This document shows positions 13,869 to 27,592 of a DNA stretch of 64,000 nucleotides, piece after piece. The stretch comes from Octopus bimaculoides (taxonomy: Eukaryota). Position 1 is the first letter of the stretch; each line of letters opens with the position of its first letter. A program made the translations under genes and the position numbers. The notes under the pieces were generated by a model that saw only the letters and a list, made by a program, of their open reading frames with translations, did not search any database and had not been told where the DNA came from. The DNA is taken from positions 21,328,266 through 21,392,265 of the forward strand of contig NC_068985.1 in the NCBI RefSeq assembly GCF_001194135.2. Reading direction: 5' to 3'.

Positions 13869-15120
13869 CAAACAACTAACTAGCTGGAAAAGTCAGTGTT
13901 TTTTATTCTGTCACCAGCCTGCAATGTATATCTCATCAAGATACTTGACTCTCAACTGCCCAGTCCACTTAGCTATGAGAAAGTGCCTTAAGGTGCAACA
14001 GTGCTATAAAATTGACAAGTATTTTTCTTTCTTTTTAATTCCTACTGCTCATGAGCTTAGGCCATGGTAGAAAAACTAATATGACCTTACCATCAACTCT
14101 ATCATCACAATGAGCTTGTATGGACAGATTCATTTAATATTAACAACCTGTAAAGATCTCTATTGTCCAAACATGCTCCCATTGGATACTGCTAAATACG
14201 AAATCCTGTCATGTGTTGGTCTGACATCAGTTTGTTTGATATGAGATATTTTTCAGATATATTTTACATACTAGTTTTTGTCATTATTATATGTTTCTAT
14301 TTGCTTTATGTTTCACACATTTTATTAATAAAATATTTTTGCTGTTAATTTCTTCATTAGGGCCATATTACTTGGGTAAATACAGCAGACAGTATATTGA
14401 TGGAAGTAGTAATATAATCAGGTTTACATTAGGAAAACCAAAAATATGTCTATACTAGCTCTAATACAGTATTGATTTCTATATCACTTTATTTTCTTAC
14501 CATGTTTACAGTAATAATGGTTTGTCAAATTGGCTATTCTTCTTCATTAAGGGACTATTATTGTATTTGATGGCATAAAAGGCACACAAGCATAATAGAC
14601 ACCCCAATTTCAGCAATGCATAGTCATAAAAATTATGCATATAGGAGGCCCAGGGGTGATTTTTCAACACTTTTTTTTTTTTTTTTTTGAAAAAAAGTGC
14701 ATCTTATATACTACTGAATATGATAATTGATATAATGAAAGATTGTTTTTCAGGTAACATTATTATTTTCCTATAATACTGTCTTTCTCGGCTTCCAAAA
14801 GTTCTTTCGACTTATCTGTGGTCGTCTTACTTCAATGTTTCCTATACACACACACACGCTTCAGTTATCAGTTATCTGACCTGAATCCCTTATTTATTGA
14901 ACATGTCTAAAAGTACAGAGATGTACTTTTGTAATTCTCATCCATCTTCTTAGTTTATTATCTTCTTTCTCTTTCCTTAGATTCACTCAAATTTCTTAGC
15001 AACATCATTTAATGTTCCATATATATATAATATTTTCAATATGCACCTATATAACTTGCCACTTGTAAAGCTGTTTGAAGTATTGTCAAAATATAATGAT
15101 AAGAATTAGATTTTTCTTTT

Positions 15121-15442
15121 TCAGTGAAATCTTGCAATTTTTCAAAATTAAGCACTTTTATGTCATTTTGGGACTTATTTAGAAAATTTATCATCATCAT
15201 CCAGTGTTTTAAATCTGGGTTTTGTCCCCATTAACGGGGCTGGCCAGATCTACCTCAATGCCATAGCAACCGAGGTAGGCAGGTGTAGCCCACCCCAACC
15301 TTTGGGCTGGCTGGTGCCCATATTCCTTTGCTATCATGAAGGTTTTTTGGAGCTGGATTTTCTACAAAGAGCATGCCCTTGCTTACCCCCAACCTCAGTT
15401 ACTAGACACGAGTGATCCCAACACCAAGGCCTCTACCATTAT
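15121..15442 (+). repeat. 322-bp exact direct repeat, copy 2
   Basis: Identical by eye to 13547-13868. Confidence 0.9.
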
Positions 15443-16007
15443 TTTTAAGAAATGTGGTGGGAAACTAACTCAGGAAGGCAGGGGCACTACTCCCTGAGAC
15501 CTCTTTCGGTGCTCCCCTACCTAAATTTAGAAAATTTATAGTTTTAGAAATATTTCTTTTCTTTTTCATAAAAATTTAGCTCAAGGTTGTTTTAAATATA
15601 ATTCAAGCATAATTGTATCACTAAGAAGCTTACTCTCCAACTTCATGGTTTCCGGTTCAGTGCCACATGCAGTACCTTGAGCATGTGTCTTCTATTATAG
15701 CCCTGGGCTAAGTAATGCCTTCTCAATGAATTTAGTGAAGCGAGATTGTGTAGACAGCTGATGTGTGTGTTTGTGTTTGCCCCACCGCCACCACTTACCA
15801 GGTGTTCTCATTTGTCTATGCTCCCATAACTTAGCAGTTCAACAAAAGAAACTGACAATAAAATAACAGACTTAAAAAATAAATTCTGAGGTCAATATGT
15901 TTGACTAAACCCTTTGTGACAGTGTCTGGCATGGCCATAGTCCAATGATTGAAACAAGTAAAAGTAAAAGAAAAAATTGTGTGTGTGTATACAAACGTAC
16001 ATATATA

Positions 16008-17178
16008 CAGACATGACAGAAGTAGACACCCTTATAATCATTAAAATTTATTTAAATCTGAAATTATACATTCAAATTACTTATTAATTTTTTTAATGTG
16101 AATATTTAATATTTAGTAGACATGCCTTTAGCATTTTTCAATGCAAGGACCCTATCAGGCATGTTACTGATCAGATGACAAATATTCTCTTGTGGAATTT
16201 CTTGTCAAGTTTCATGCAGTAATCTCAAAAGATCTGGCTTTGAAGATGTTTTCTTGTTCTTTTTATGAATTGTCCTGTTCAGTAGGGTTCATATCTGGTG
16301 ACTGGCTTGGCCATGGAAGCTTTTTAATGCCATTTTCATCCAACCAATCTTTGGTCATTTTAGCCATATGACAAGCAGTCTTATCTTTCATAAATAAAGA
16401 GCCTTCTTTAATCATTTCACCACTGGAGATTGGAAGGAGTCCTTTCTGTAATATGGACACATATTTATCTGAGTTTGTTTCCCTCACACTTCACCAGGTC
16501 TAATCAACCATTGCTCCAAATTGCTCCCCAAATCATCACAAAATAGCTACCATGTTTCATTGTTGGCTACAATCTTTTCACATCAAATTCTTGATCACAG
16601 AGTCTCCAAACCCACACTCGACCACTGTCAGGAAATACAGCAATTCTGGGCTCATCAGAGAATATGACAGTGTCCCAAAATGCTCACTAGCCAATCTCTT
16701 CTCTGCTTGATGTTGGCTGGTCAAAGAAGTGGCTTCCTTCTTGCTACTCTGCTATAGTAACCAAGTTTGTGGTGATACCTGACAGCTGTTCTGGGACTGA
16801 CATCAACTTGTTCTATACCAGGGGCCTTGCAACAAGGATTATCCTTCACACTTCTCTTAACAAAGAGAAGGGTCCTATCAGAGGGCCCTGGTTGATCTGG
16901 ATGAGGTGATGTGGACTTCTTCCCCCTCTTTGGTGAATTGCACAATCACTCTATTGACTTGTAGAAAGTAGAATCCCCAAGGTTTTCTGCAATTTTACGC
17001 TGACTGTGTCCACCTTGAGAATGACCCACAATGCGGCCTCTTTGAAATGCAAACAGTTCCAAGGCTTCTTTTGTGCACGACATGATTAAACAGTCACATA
17101 TAGGTCCTAAAACACAAAAATGTTAATTAATAAAAAACAATGTTTTATGGAGTGTCTATTTACTTCTGTCATTTCCTG
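16008..17178 (-). mobile_element. Decayed Tc1-like DNA transposon (DD34E)
   Basis: Minus-strand fragments LGYYSRVARRKPLL, WDTVIFSDEPRI and FMKDKTACH...WPSQSPDMNPTE (34 aa between D and E); imperfect TIRs cagacatgacagaagta / cttctgtcatttcctg; left TA; stops and frameshifts. Confidence 0.85.
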
Positions 17179-18779
17179 TGCATATATACGTATGGATATG
17201 AAAAGTGAAGAATCATTGTTATAATCTGACGTCATGTCTAACATCAACTAATATATACTCGTCATTGTTTCCCTTATCCACTTTCAATAGCTATTACCAA
17301 GTAATATATTTCCTGTGAGTATTTCCTGGTTCTCTTTCCTGGTCATTCCAATTTACTTACACATTATATCATTCCTATTTCTTAAATGTTTATGGAAAAA
17401 CATTGTGTTTTTGTGTATATAGATCTATATACTTGAGCTACTGCTGAATCTCAAGTCAACTCTAATCAAGCACATCTGTAAATAAAGGCATTCTTGTCAG
17501 GATCTCTTCTCTTTTCGGACATGGTGGGTCTAAGACTACATTATCCAATGTGTCTTTCTATTTAGGCAGTAGGATTTAATTTGAGTGAGATTTAGCTGCT
17601 TTTCCTAGCAGGTTAAGTAACCACAAAGGGTTCTCTCATTGGCTCAATATGTAAGTTTGTGTATGTGTCTTTACTATTCTCAGTCATTGGGCTGTGGCTA
17701 TTCTGAGGCACCACCTTCAAGAGTGGTGTTAAGTATATCAACCCCAGTAGTTGTTTTAGGGACTTCAGAAGGACAAAAGCACCAATTGAATGTACACAGG
17801 ATTTGGATTCAGGTGGGAAAGGGATCATCATCATAATTTAATGTCTGTTTTCCACGCTGGCATGGGTTGGAGGGTTCAACAGGGGCTGGTCAGCTGAATA
17901 GCTGCCCAGGCTCCATATCTGCTTTGGCATGGCTGGATGCCCTTCCTAACACCAACCACTTTACATACAGAGTGTACTGGGTGCATTTACACATCACTGC
18001 CACCAGTGCTTTTACATGGCACTAATACAGGTGCTTTTTACCTGACACTGGCGCCTATGAGCTCACAAGATTGGGAATACTCAGCTGTTGAGGGATTCAG
18101 GACATAACCAAATACCTCAAGCTATTTTGTCTAGTGTCTCATCATCTACCCATTGTGTGCATGTGTGCACACGCATGCACATGTGCATATAAGCATGTCT
18201 CTGATGTTAAAAATTTCACATTGCAACCTATGGTTCCATGTTTGATCCCACTCTGCAACATATTGGGCAAGCATTGTCTGTTGTAGCTTAATGTTGGGCA
18301 TTGTCTTGTGAGAAGAATATGGTAGACAAAAATAGTGCAGAAGTTTGCCACGTGTGTGTGTGTGTGTGTGATGCATATATGTGTCTGTGTGTACATGTGC
18401 ACATAAGTTTGACATTTATTTTCAAGGTGGGACCCCAGCATGGATGCAGTCCAATGGGTGAAGCAAAAGATAAAAGACACACTTGTACAACATGCCCATT
18501 GTAAACTTGTGGATGCACTCCAATGAGTGAAACAAAAGATAAAAGATATATACGCAGCACACTTGTACAACATGCCCATTGTAAACTTGTGGATGCACAA
18601 GAAGTGTAGTGGGATCACAGTCATATGTTGTAGACTCACAGGGCCAGTTAGCAATAAGAGAAGTACACATGGAATAGGTTTCTTTTCATAACCCAAAAAT
18701 GTCTCTAGAAGTAATTGATAACTTTGTTACCTCAATGATCTTATTAGCTATAGTGGAAAGTATTCTGAAAGCATAGTTG

Positions 18780-19255
18780 TAAGAGTAAGGTGTTCAGGGA
18801 GTTTATTCTTTCAGCTGTCAACAAAGCGCTTCTGTCTCAGAGTGAAATAAGATTGTATGATCTTTGTACACTAACTGTGATGTTGCACGGTAGTAGGACA
18901 TGGCCCCTGAATGCAGAGGATTTGTGAAAGCTGGAAAGAAGTGAAGCAAGTATGCTTTGATAGACGTGTAACATTAGTGTGTATGAATGACAAAGCACAA
19001 TGAGCTGGAAAGAAAACTGAAGATAAGAGGAATCAGATGTAGAGTGCAATGGAGAAGAGATGCAGAACGTTGGTTGTACAAAGAAGTCCTAAGCATTCCA
19101 TATGGAAGGAACATGTGGGAGAGGGAGAGTATTTATTTGAGGAAATCACAGGAGGAAATGATTAAGTCGGGTCACAAGAGTCTGAGTCTCATGACAGCAA
19201 TGACAAAGGGCTGTGACAAGAAATGAACTGTCGTACTGAAGAATACTCACCCAGC
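18780..19255 (+). mobile_element. RTE-clade LINE ORF C-terminal relic
   Basis: Translates to RLYDLCTLTVMLHGSRTWPLNAEDL*KLERSEASML...ELERKLKIRGIRCRVQ, a typical post-RT region of RTE elements, with stops. Confidence 0.75.
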
Positions 19256-19559
19256 ACATGAATTTATGAGAAACAGACACACAAAAAAAAAATGACAATA
19301 GTAATTAATAGAGGTTGTAAGTCTATATTTGGGTCTCTCTCACCCATTATGTTCATGTTGAATCTCCCTGTCAATTAACCATCCTGTTACTGTCTACTGC
19401 TACCTCTCTCTTAATTATACTCACTCATCACTCCCCACTCTCTCTCCCTCCCTCTCTCTCTCTTCCCCATCACACAACTTCTCTTTCATTGATTCTTTTT
19501 TCCTCCATCCCCTCCAAGATTATAAATTTACATTTCTGTCTCCAAGATATATTAATTTC

Positions 19560-19750
19560 AAATTTTGGCATGGGGCCAACACGTTTCAGGAGAGGCAGTA
19601 AATCAGATACATTGACTTCAGTGCTCAACTGGTACTTATTTTACCAACCCTGAAAGGATGAAAGGCAAAGTCAACCCTGAATGAATTTGAACTCAGAACA
19701 TAAAGATGGATGAAATGCCAGTGAGCATTTAGCCCGGCATGCTAACAATT
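19560..19750 (-). mobile_element. CORE-like tRNA SINE
   Basis: ggtacttattttaccaaccctgaaaggatgaaaggcaaagtcaacc...atttgaactcagaac. Confidence 0.7.
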
Positions 19751-20143
19751 CTGTCAGCTCGTCACCTTATATCTATAAGATGTATTGCTATCTAGTATTG
19801 TGTCCAGGCCACAAATATATTGGGTCAGGTGTAAACCTCAGTATTTCACTGGTACTTATTTCATTGAGCCTAGTAGAATGAAAGGCAAAGTCAACCAAGG
19901 TTGGACTTGAACTCAGAACATAAAGTGACATAGCTAAATACTGCATGGCATTTTTTTTTTTCTGCTACTCTACTTATTTTGCCTGTTTATCTATCACTCA
20001 TTTTGCATAAGAAATATTGATGAAATATCTTAGGGCTGCTTTTAATTGTTTAACTATTGTTGGTGGAATCACTTGCTTTTATTGAAAAAGAAAATGACAA
20101 AGTAAATTAAAACATTAACTCTAAATATTCACATTATTTAAAG

Positions 20144-20398
20144 CTGTGGTTCTCAACTGGGGTCCACATGGCCCTTGGTTGGGGCCCATGTAAGATTTTG
20201 TTGTTAAAGTTTATCTGAAATAGATTGGCTATACTTCAACAATATGCAAAATGTTTTAATTTTTCTTATACAATTCCTAATAGTGTTTAATTATGAAAAT
20301 GTAATAGGATTTCTTAAGCACTGGATTGCTCTGAGGGTCGAGTAAAGTAAAATAGGAATCAGAAGGGTCCACAGGCAAAAAATGGTTGAGAATCACTG
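20144..20398. mobile_element. hAT (Charlie-like) MITE
   Basis: TIR ctgtggttctcaac / gttgagaatcactg; perfect 8-bp TSD ATTTAAAG at 20136-20143 and 20399-20406. Confidence 0.85.
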
Positions 20399-21022
20399 AT
20401 TTAAAGCCTTCAACCTGTCACTTCATTTGTTTCAGCCTTGTAGCTGTTAATTAATTCATTTAACCTTAAGTTGGCTCTCATCAATCAGGTCTAAGGTCAA
20501 AGTATTCAAGCCATAATTATCCTTTTTTTTTTCCTATAATAATGAACAGCCAGACTACATTATTCAATGTATTCTATTATTTATGGTGCAGTATGTTTTA
20601 ATGGAGATTTGACTGCTATTTCTACCAAGTTGAGTAACTACATAGAGGTTCTCTCATTGGCTCACATTTTGATCAAGTTCAAGATTTATACACTGAGAAT
20701 GCTTCACGGCTAAGGAAGCTTTGTTTTCCCCTCTTTTTAGTTCATATTATTTACTGTTGTATTTATGGTTATTTTACGTTAATCTTCTTTAAAAAATTGT
20801 GTTTTGCATTTGGAAAAAGTCTCACTAATCTTCACTTTTTTAATATTATTGTTACATATCATTTCATAATATAAACCATGGTTTTTAGTTGTAGTTGTCA
20901 TAACTGAAAAGCAGAAGTTATTCTTTTAAAATAACTAGAATTCATTACATCATAACACATATGTATTAATCTTTTTGTTTTGTTTTGTTTTGTTTAAATT
21001 GTTCTTTGTTAAAATTTATATT

Positions 21023-21400
21023 GGCATGGCTGTGTAGTTTAGAAGCTTGCTTTGCCACCGCATTGTTTCAGATTCATGACACCTTGGACAAGTGTCTTCT
21101 ACGATAACCGTGGCCCAACCAATGCCTTGTGAGTGAATATGGCAGATGGAAACTGTGGTAGCCTCTCATATATATGTATATGTTTGTGTTTGTCTTCCAT
21201 TACTGCTTGACAATTGACATTGGTATTGGTTTGTTTGCATGCCTGTAACTTTGCGATTCAACAGAAAAGACTGATAGAATAGGAAGAAGTATAAAACTTA
21301 ACAAGATAAATACTAAGGTCGATTTATTCAACTAAACCTTTCAAGACAGTGCTCCAGAATGGCCGTGGTCCAGTGCCTGAAACAGGTTAAAGAAGATAAA
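21023..21400 (+). mobile_element. Family A SINE, full length, diverged
   Basis: Head, body and tail (ccagaatggccgtggtccagtgcctgaaacagg) all present. Confidence 0.75.
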
Positions 21401-24400
21401 AGAAGGCCATGTATCTAGGTTTTTTTTTTTTTTCTGATCCTTAAAAAATATTAAAATAATTTTGGCAAATAATTAACTAAGAAATAGTCTTACTAATCTT
21501 TGTCTTTTTGTTTTCGATTTTGTTGTTACATATCATTTCATAATATAAACCAGTTAAATTTGTCATGTTTCTTACAAGAGCAACTTCAAGTTCATTGCCA
21601 CACCAAAATTATATTTGTGATATCTGATTTCCATCAGGAATTTATTCATTTTCCTCTTTTCTATTTTTCTTTTTTTTTTCCTTAAATACTTAGGACAAAA
21701 CTAGTCCTTATTTCCAAATCTTGTATATAAATACACTTTTCTCCCCTACTAAATTTATATATAAAAAAAAACAACTATTTGTCTTACATATCAGTTTATT
21801 CAGAGACGCTTGCTTTATATTAACCAGTAATCTATTCTGTAATCTTTTAGACTGGAAACTTATTAGTTGACTGTTACTTATTTTAACGATCTTAAAGCGA
21901 TGAAAGGTAAAGTCAACATTGGCGAGCTCATACAACAAAATATGCCTTGTCATTAAAATATTTTTTTTAGATTTATGTTTGTGGCTCTTGTGCATACAAA
22001 TTTCTCAATTCCTCTGTACAGGATTTTGTAATGAAAGAAATTATAGAGTTCCAAGCAAAAAGCCATACAGCATTGAATTTTGTTTCCCTACATTCTGTGT
22101 TCAAATTCTACTTGGTCAAATATGTTTTCATTCTTCTGGAATTGATAAAATAAGTATCAGTAAGTTCATTGTCAGCTTGTTTGGAATGTTTGATTTAGTT
22201 TCCATATCATTTAAAAATTTATTCTGTAATAATGTCCATTAAGAAGTAACATATAGTCTAACACTAGAATCGGTCCATATTTTAATGGCATTTATTTAGC
22301 AACAATCACTCGAATGTAGTCAAGTTTAACAAGTTTTCAAGTAGGCAATAGAATATTGAAATATATGTTATAAACTGTCTTGTTGAATACTGTGCCATTT
22401 GATTCATTTCCATTTGCTCTTTCTGTTTTATTTAAAAGGTAGTTTTCACTCTTGCATACATTGACCAATATCTTTAATATACCATCATCTATTTAACAAC
22501 TTGCTCTCAACCTATTTAAGATTAGCTTGCACATGTAATAGATTATAATACTTTGTTCATTTCTTTCTTATTTCTACTGCTGCTTGTATTTCATACATCT
22601 AACATGCAGCATATAAGCTGCCTTTTCATATCAAAAGGTAATCCCCTTATTATCATTGCCAAGAGAAACATCTGTTTGTAGGTGTGGGTAGAAAAAAGTC
22701 AGTATAAGGGTGGGTGGATGTGTAGTTGATGACCTTTAGCTCTGTAATCATCACCTTGACCATCATTGGCCTTTCATCCACATCAGTAAATTTAGACTGA
22801 TGAAAAATTTGGCCAGAATTTAAGTCTTTAAATAGGCTGACTAGATATAACGATGATGAATTGCTAGATTTAATATTAAGTATGATAGCTAGGTTTCCAT
22901 TTAACTGTATCTTAAACTCCTTAACTATGCTGCAAAGTCTTAGTTTTTAACTTTTTCCAGTTCTCACAAGGCATTAACCAACAGTTAGCTTCCTCTGTAT
23001 TCTCTACATTATCAAATGCAGGAGCCTCTAACAAAAATATTGCCCTGATAATACAGAATTGTATTCTTCCAGACTCTTCACTTTCACTTTCTTACTCTTC
23101 TTTATTTCCTCAGTGAATGAAGTTTTGAAGCATATAATTATTAAATTTTAAGAACTTCAAGATTTAGATAATAAAACATATTGTGGATATTAGACATTTT
23201 GTTGAAAATATTTAATGGTGGCAATGTAAAAAAAAAAAAAAACATTGTCAGCCAAATTTGAATGCCTGAGCATATTTTTTTTAGAATTTTTATTTTTACC
23301 TCATATATGCTTCTTGCTAAAGTTAGAAAGGATTGGGTTCCTTTGTAGAAGATATCAGATACATGTACATTAATCAAATTCCTGGTTTGGTTTCTCTCAT
23401 CAACAACACAATTTCATTCCTTTTTATCTACAAAACAAGATTTCTTCTAAAATACAAAATATTGTTGTAGCCAGCCATAGTTTTGTTTAATCTATTTGCA
23501 ATTCTTATATAAGGGAGGAAGTAAGGATCTATTACTTTAAATAAAACAGAATCTCATAAACGTTGTCCCAGAGGACCTTCTGGAATAACAAGACTGACAC
23601 TTTTTATATGTTGGTTATAGTTTGTCATGAGAAAATATAGTATTGAAGTTGTGAGAATAAATAACAAGGAAACTAAATGGTTCTTTTAACTAGTGAATTT
23701 TATACTACAGAATTAACTGATAGTCAATTATAATGGGTTATAAACTTGAAAATTGAAAAGTTTGAATTCCTGTTTGTTTATACCAAAACCAGAAATGGAA
23801 ATATGTAAAAAGTTAAGAAAAATCTGATAATGAGATCCTACTTTGAGTAGATCCGAAATGCAAATAATTATTATTATACTGTTTTTTTGTTTTTTTTTAA
23901 CATTTCATTCCTGTCACATCTCGCTCATTACTGTATGTATGTTTTCATGGCAACCAGTGGTAGATTCTTAACAAACCAAGTCTTTGACCTTGTTTCAATT
24001 CGCAGCTGGAACTTATTTGTTTATTAATGCCCATAGGAAAGGCATAAATCTATAAATTTCCTACTTTCTTTCTTTCTTTTTTAGTCTCAAGCTTATGTAA
24101 AAAAAAATTTAAAAAACATGCATGCACACACACACACACAATGGTTATACACACATGAAGACAATCTAAATCTAATTTTCTTAATTTACATTATTATTAA
24201 TATTATCAAATCAAAATTCATATTTTATGCATAATGATTTTAAACTATTTAAATATTTTATGCTAGCATGTATTTGGTTATGCAAATGAAGCTATCATCA
24301 GCCACTTACAAAGAAGTATAGTATTGTGATTAGAACAATATGTTAGAGCTGATGACCTTTGGCTCATTAAGCATTTTTCGGCCATCATACCTTTCAATCA

Positions 24401-24589
24401 ACATCTGCAGCTTTAGACTGATAAAAACTGACCAAAATCTCTTTGTCTTTAAATAGAACAAATTTAAACAGACTGACTAGTTATAATCATATTGAAGTGC
24501 TAGATTTAATACTTTATACAAAGTTTGTTTCGAAATCTGTACAATTCAAGAAAATTTTGTATAAATGGTTGATTAAAAAAGCTTCCTTT

Positions 24590-24920
24590 TTCACAGAAAC
24601 TTTTATCAAAGTTTTAGAGTTTAGAAGTACAAGAGAACATTCATAAATGGGTCAGTAACGTTTTTGTTGCAACAATGCAAAATGTTAAGAGTTGACAGCA
24701 GATGTTTATCATGGGTGGAAATAAGAATGAGCATACTCTAGGGATCAGTAGTTTTATTTGCAGCCTATCTTATTCATGGTTTATGTAAATGACATGTCAT
24801 CATTAATTTCAAATATTTGCAACCTTTTTGCTTTGACTATAATATATTCTAGACTGAATGACAATGAGAGTATTAAAATATTGTGAAAAGATTTGAATAA
24901 GCTGAATATTTGACCTGGTT
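24590..24920 (+). mobile_element. Decayed CR1/L2-type LINE reverse transcriptase fragment
   Basis: Frameshifted translation KLLSKF...IHKWVSN...LSWVEI...GSV..PILFMVYVNDMSSLISNICNLFA resembles the QGSVLGP.LF..Y.NDM...LFADD region. Confidence 0.6.
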
Positions 24921-25519
24921 AACAGTAAATTTCTTTAAAATATTTGGGATTGCTTGAATGTACATTTTCCCCAAATTTTATCAACAGAACCATATTTTTG
25001 GAGCAGTTTACAAAGTAAAATAGTTTGCTTTCAAAATACCAGAGATTGTGCACCTGCATATAAGATAACAGGAAATGTCAACCTCAAAAGATAATTTGGA
25101 ATTCTGCCTAGAGGTCATTAATATAAATTATTTTAGAAAGATAACTGGGTGGCTTGACTGTAGGCCTTGAATTGAATCAAAATAAACTGGCAGTATAGAT
25201 TTCAGGAATACTGGAAGTGCATGTAATTCAAAATATCTTTCTAATATACAGAAAAAGCATGCTACAAAATGTCAGCATTTTCTAGATATACCTGTTAGTT
25301 GTAAAATGTTAAGATATGTACTTAGTCACTTTGTCTTGTATATGTTTCCACTTCTTTAGAGTTGATAGATATTTTAACAAACTAGCTCTTGTGAGATCTA
25401 CATTGGAGTAGTGCTCACATATCTGAGTTAGTGCTGCTTCTATATATACATGTTTAAGACCACATCCGAAATATAGGTCCTGATGTTGATGCTTCAACAC
25501 CAACTCACTGACTTGCTGT

Positions 25520-25558
<39 letters not shown>

Positions 25559-25737
25559 NNNNNNNNNNNNNNNNNNNNNNNNNNNNNNNNNNNNNNNNNN
25601 NNNNNNNNNNNNNNNNNNNNNNNNNNNNNNNNNNNNNNNNNNNNNNNNNNNNNNNNNNNNNNNNNNNNNNNNNNNNNNNNNNNNNNNNNNNNNNNNNNNN
25701 NAGTGTCTGTACTCTAATATCTGTTAAAATATATAGA

Positions 25738-26080
25738 CGTAGAAGTGGCTGTGTGGTAAGTAGCTTGCTTACGAACCACATGGTTCCAGGTTCAGGTCAA
25801 CCAAAGCCATGTGAGTGGATTTGGTAGACGGAAACTGAAAGAAGCCCATCATGTATATGTATATATATATATGTGTGTTTGTGTTTGTCCCCCCAAACAT
25901 CGCTTGACAACCGATGCTGGTGTGTTTACATCCCCGTAACTTAGCAGTTCGGCAAAAGAGACTGATAGAATAAGTACTAGGCTTACAAAGAATAAGTCTT
26001 GGGGTCGATTTGCTCGACTAAAGGCGGTGCTCCAGCATGGCCACAGTCAAATGACTGAAACAAGTAAAAGAGTAAAAGTA
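25738..26080 (+). mobile_element. Family A SINE with internal deletion, relatively young (CpG retained)
   Basis: Close to family consensus; lacks the cccactgcgtggc...cgggccg segment. Confidence 0.85.
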
Positions 26081-27258
26081 TATATCTCTTTCTATCTATC
26101 TGTCTTTCTATCTCTATCTATATCTATCTGTCTTTCTATCTATCTACTTATCTATCTCTCTATCTATCTGCCAGTTCTGCTCCAATGGCTTCTGCTTTTC
26201 TGAAGTAGTTGTATGCCACTTCTAATTAGACCCACCTGATACACCTGTCTTTCTTCTCAACACTCCTACTGTATATTGCCTTCTGGGATCCTGTGCTAAA
26301 CACAAGCTTTTTAAAATTCCCTCCATTCCATGTTCCTTTTTTTCTCCCCCCCCCTCCCTGCAGATATTAGAGTACAGACACTCAAATTATACATCAATTA
26401 CATAAAACTCACCAATGAGAGTGGGCTGTAAAGGTCATATTCACTGCCCTTCCTTTGACTGATTTATAAAAATATTACATTCAATTTTAAAATGTTACAT
26501 TTATAGTTCTTTAGTTCAAATCCTGTGGAAAAACACCCCTCAAATGTCAGTAATATAAAATTAATAGCTGCCACACCTAATAACAACCTTTGGCTATCTG
26601 CTCGGAGCCAACTTTATTGAGCATATAAGAATACAGTTTTACTCACATTATCATATATAATTTATTTGAATTATCTATATTTTGATCATCATTTAATCAA
26701 TGATAATAAATGAATTAGTATTAATACTTGTTTTTTATTGCCCTTGTTTAGATATTGACCAACAGAAACTAAGATTTTATGATATATGAAGAGGAAATTC
26801 TTCACATTTGAAATATATACTATATTGGATGATTTTGGTCAATGGATATATATTCCAAGACTAAATATAGCTGAGTGGAATTATTCTAAATAAGATATAA
26901 GTTTCATTGATAATTGGTTGGACATTTTATGTGGAAGAAGTCATAAAAATATCTTTTACATCATATGCAACTTCTTCCCTCCATTCCAGCAACCTTGAAA
27001 GCCCTGAATATCTGACATCTTCTGGGGTCAATTCAATCAATTATACCCCTCCTCTACAATTTGTGACTTTATACCATTATTTGTGCTGCTGTCTCACCAA
27101 CGGTTATGCCTTTACATTCATTTCTACTGCATTCCTTATAGTATCATACATCCTTCATTAAGCTTCTTTCTTTTTCATTTTCTGAAGAAATATAAAGATA
27201 TTTCTTAAGAGTTTTCAATTATATCATCCAAAGTAACTACAAACAAGGTTGTCTTTTA

Positions 27259-27592
27259 CATTTGTTTCAGTCATTAGACTGCAGCCATGCTGGGGCACCA
27301 CCTTGCAGAATTTTTTAGTTAAATGATATAACCCCCAGTACTTATTATGTTGGCCTCGGAGATGTAAACACACCAACACCGGTTGTCAAGTAGTGGTGGG
27401 GGACAAACATGGACACACATATATATACATGACAGACTTCTTTCAGTTTCAGTCTGACAGATCCTCTCTCAAGGCTTTGGTCGATCTGAGGCTATAGTAG
27501 AAGATACTTGCCCCAAAGTGCCACTTAGTGGGACTGAATCTGGAACCTTGTGGTTGGGAAGCGAGCTTCTTACCACACAGCCATGCCTGCAC
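27259..27592 (-). mobile_element. Family A SINE
   Basis: Reverse complement of head and tail motifs. Confidence 0.75.

Noticed and set aside
14772-14842. Minus-strand peptide GNIEVRRPQISRKNFWKPRKTVL*
   Set aside because: Short, weak acceptor, no partner exons
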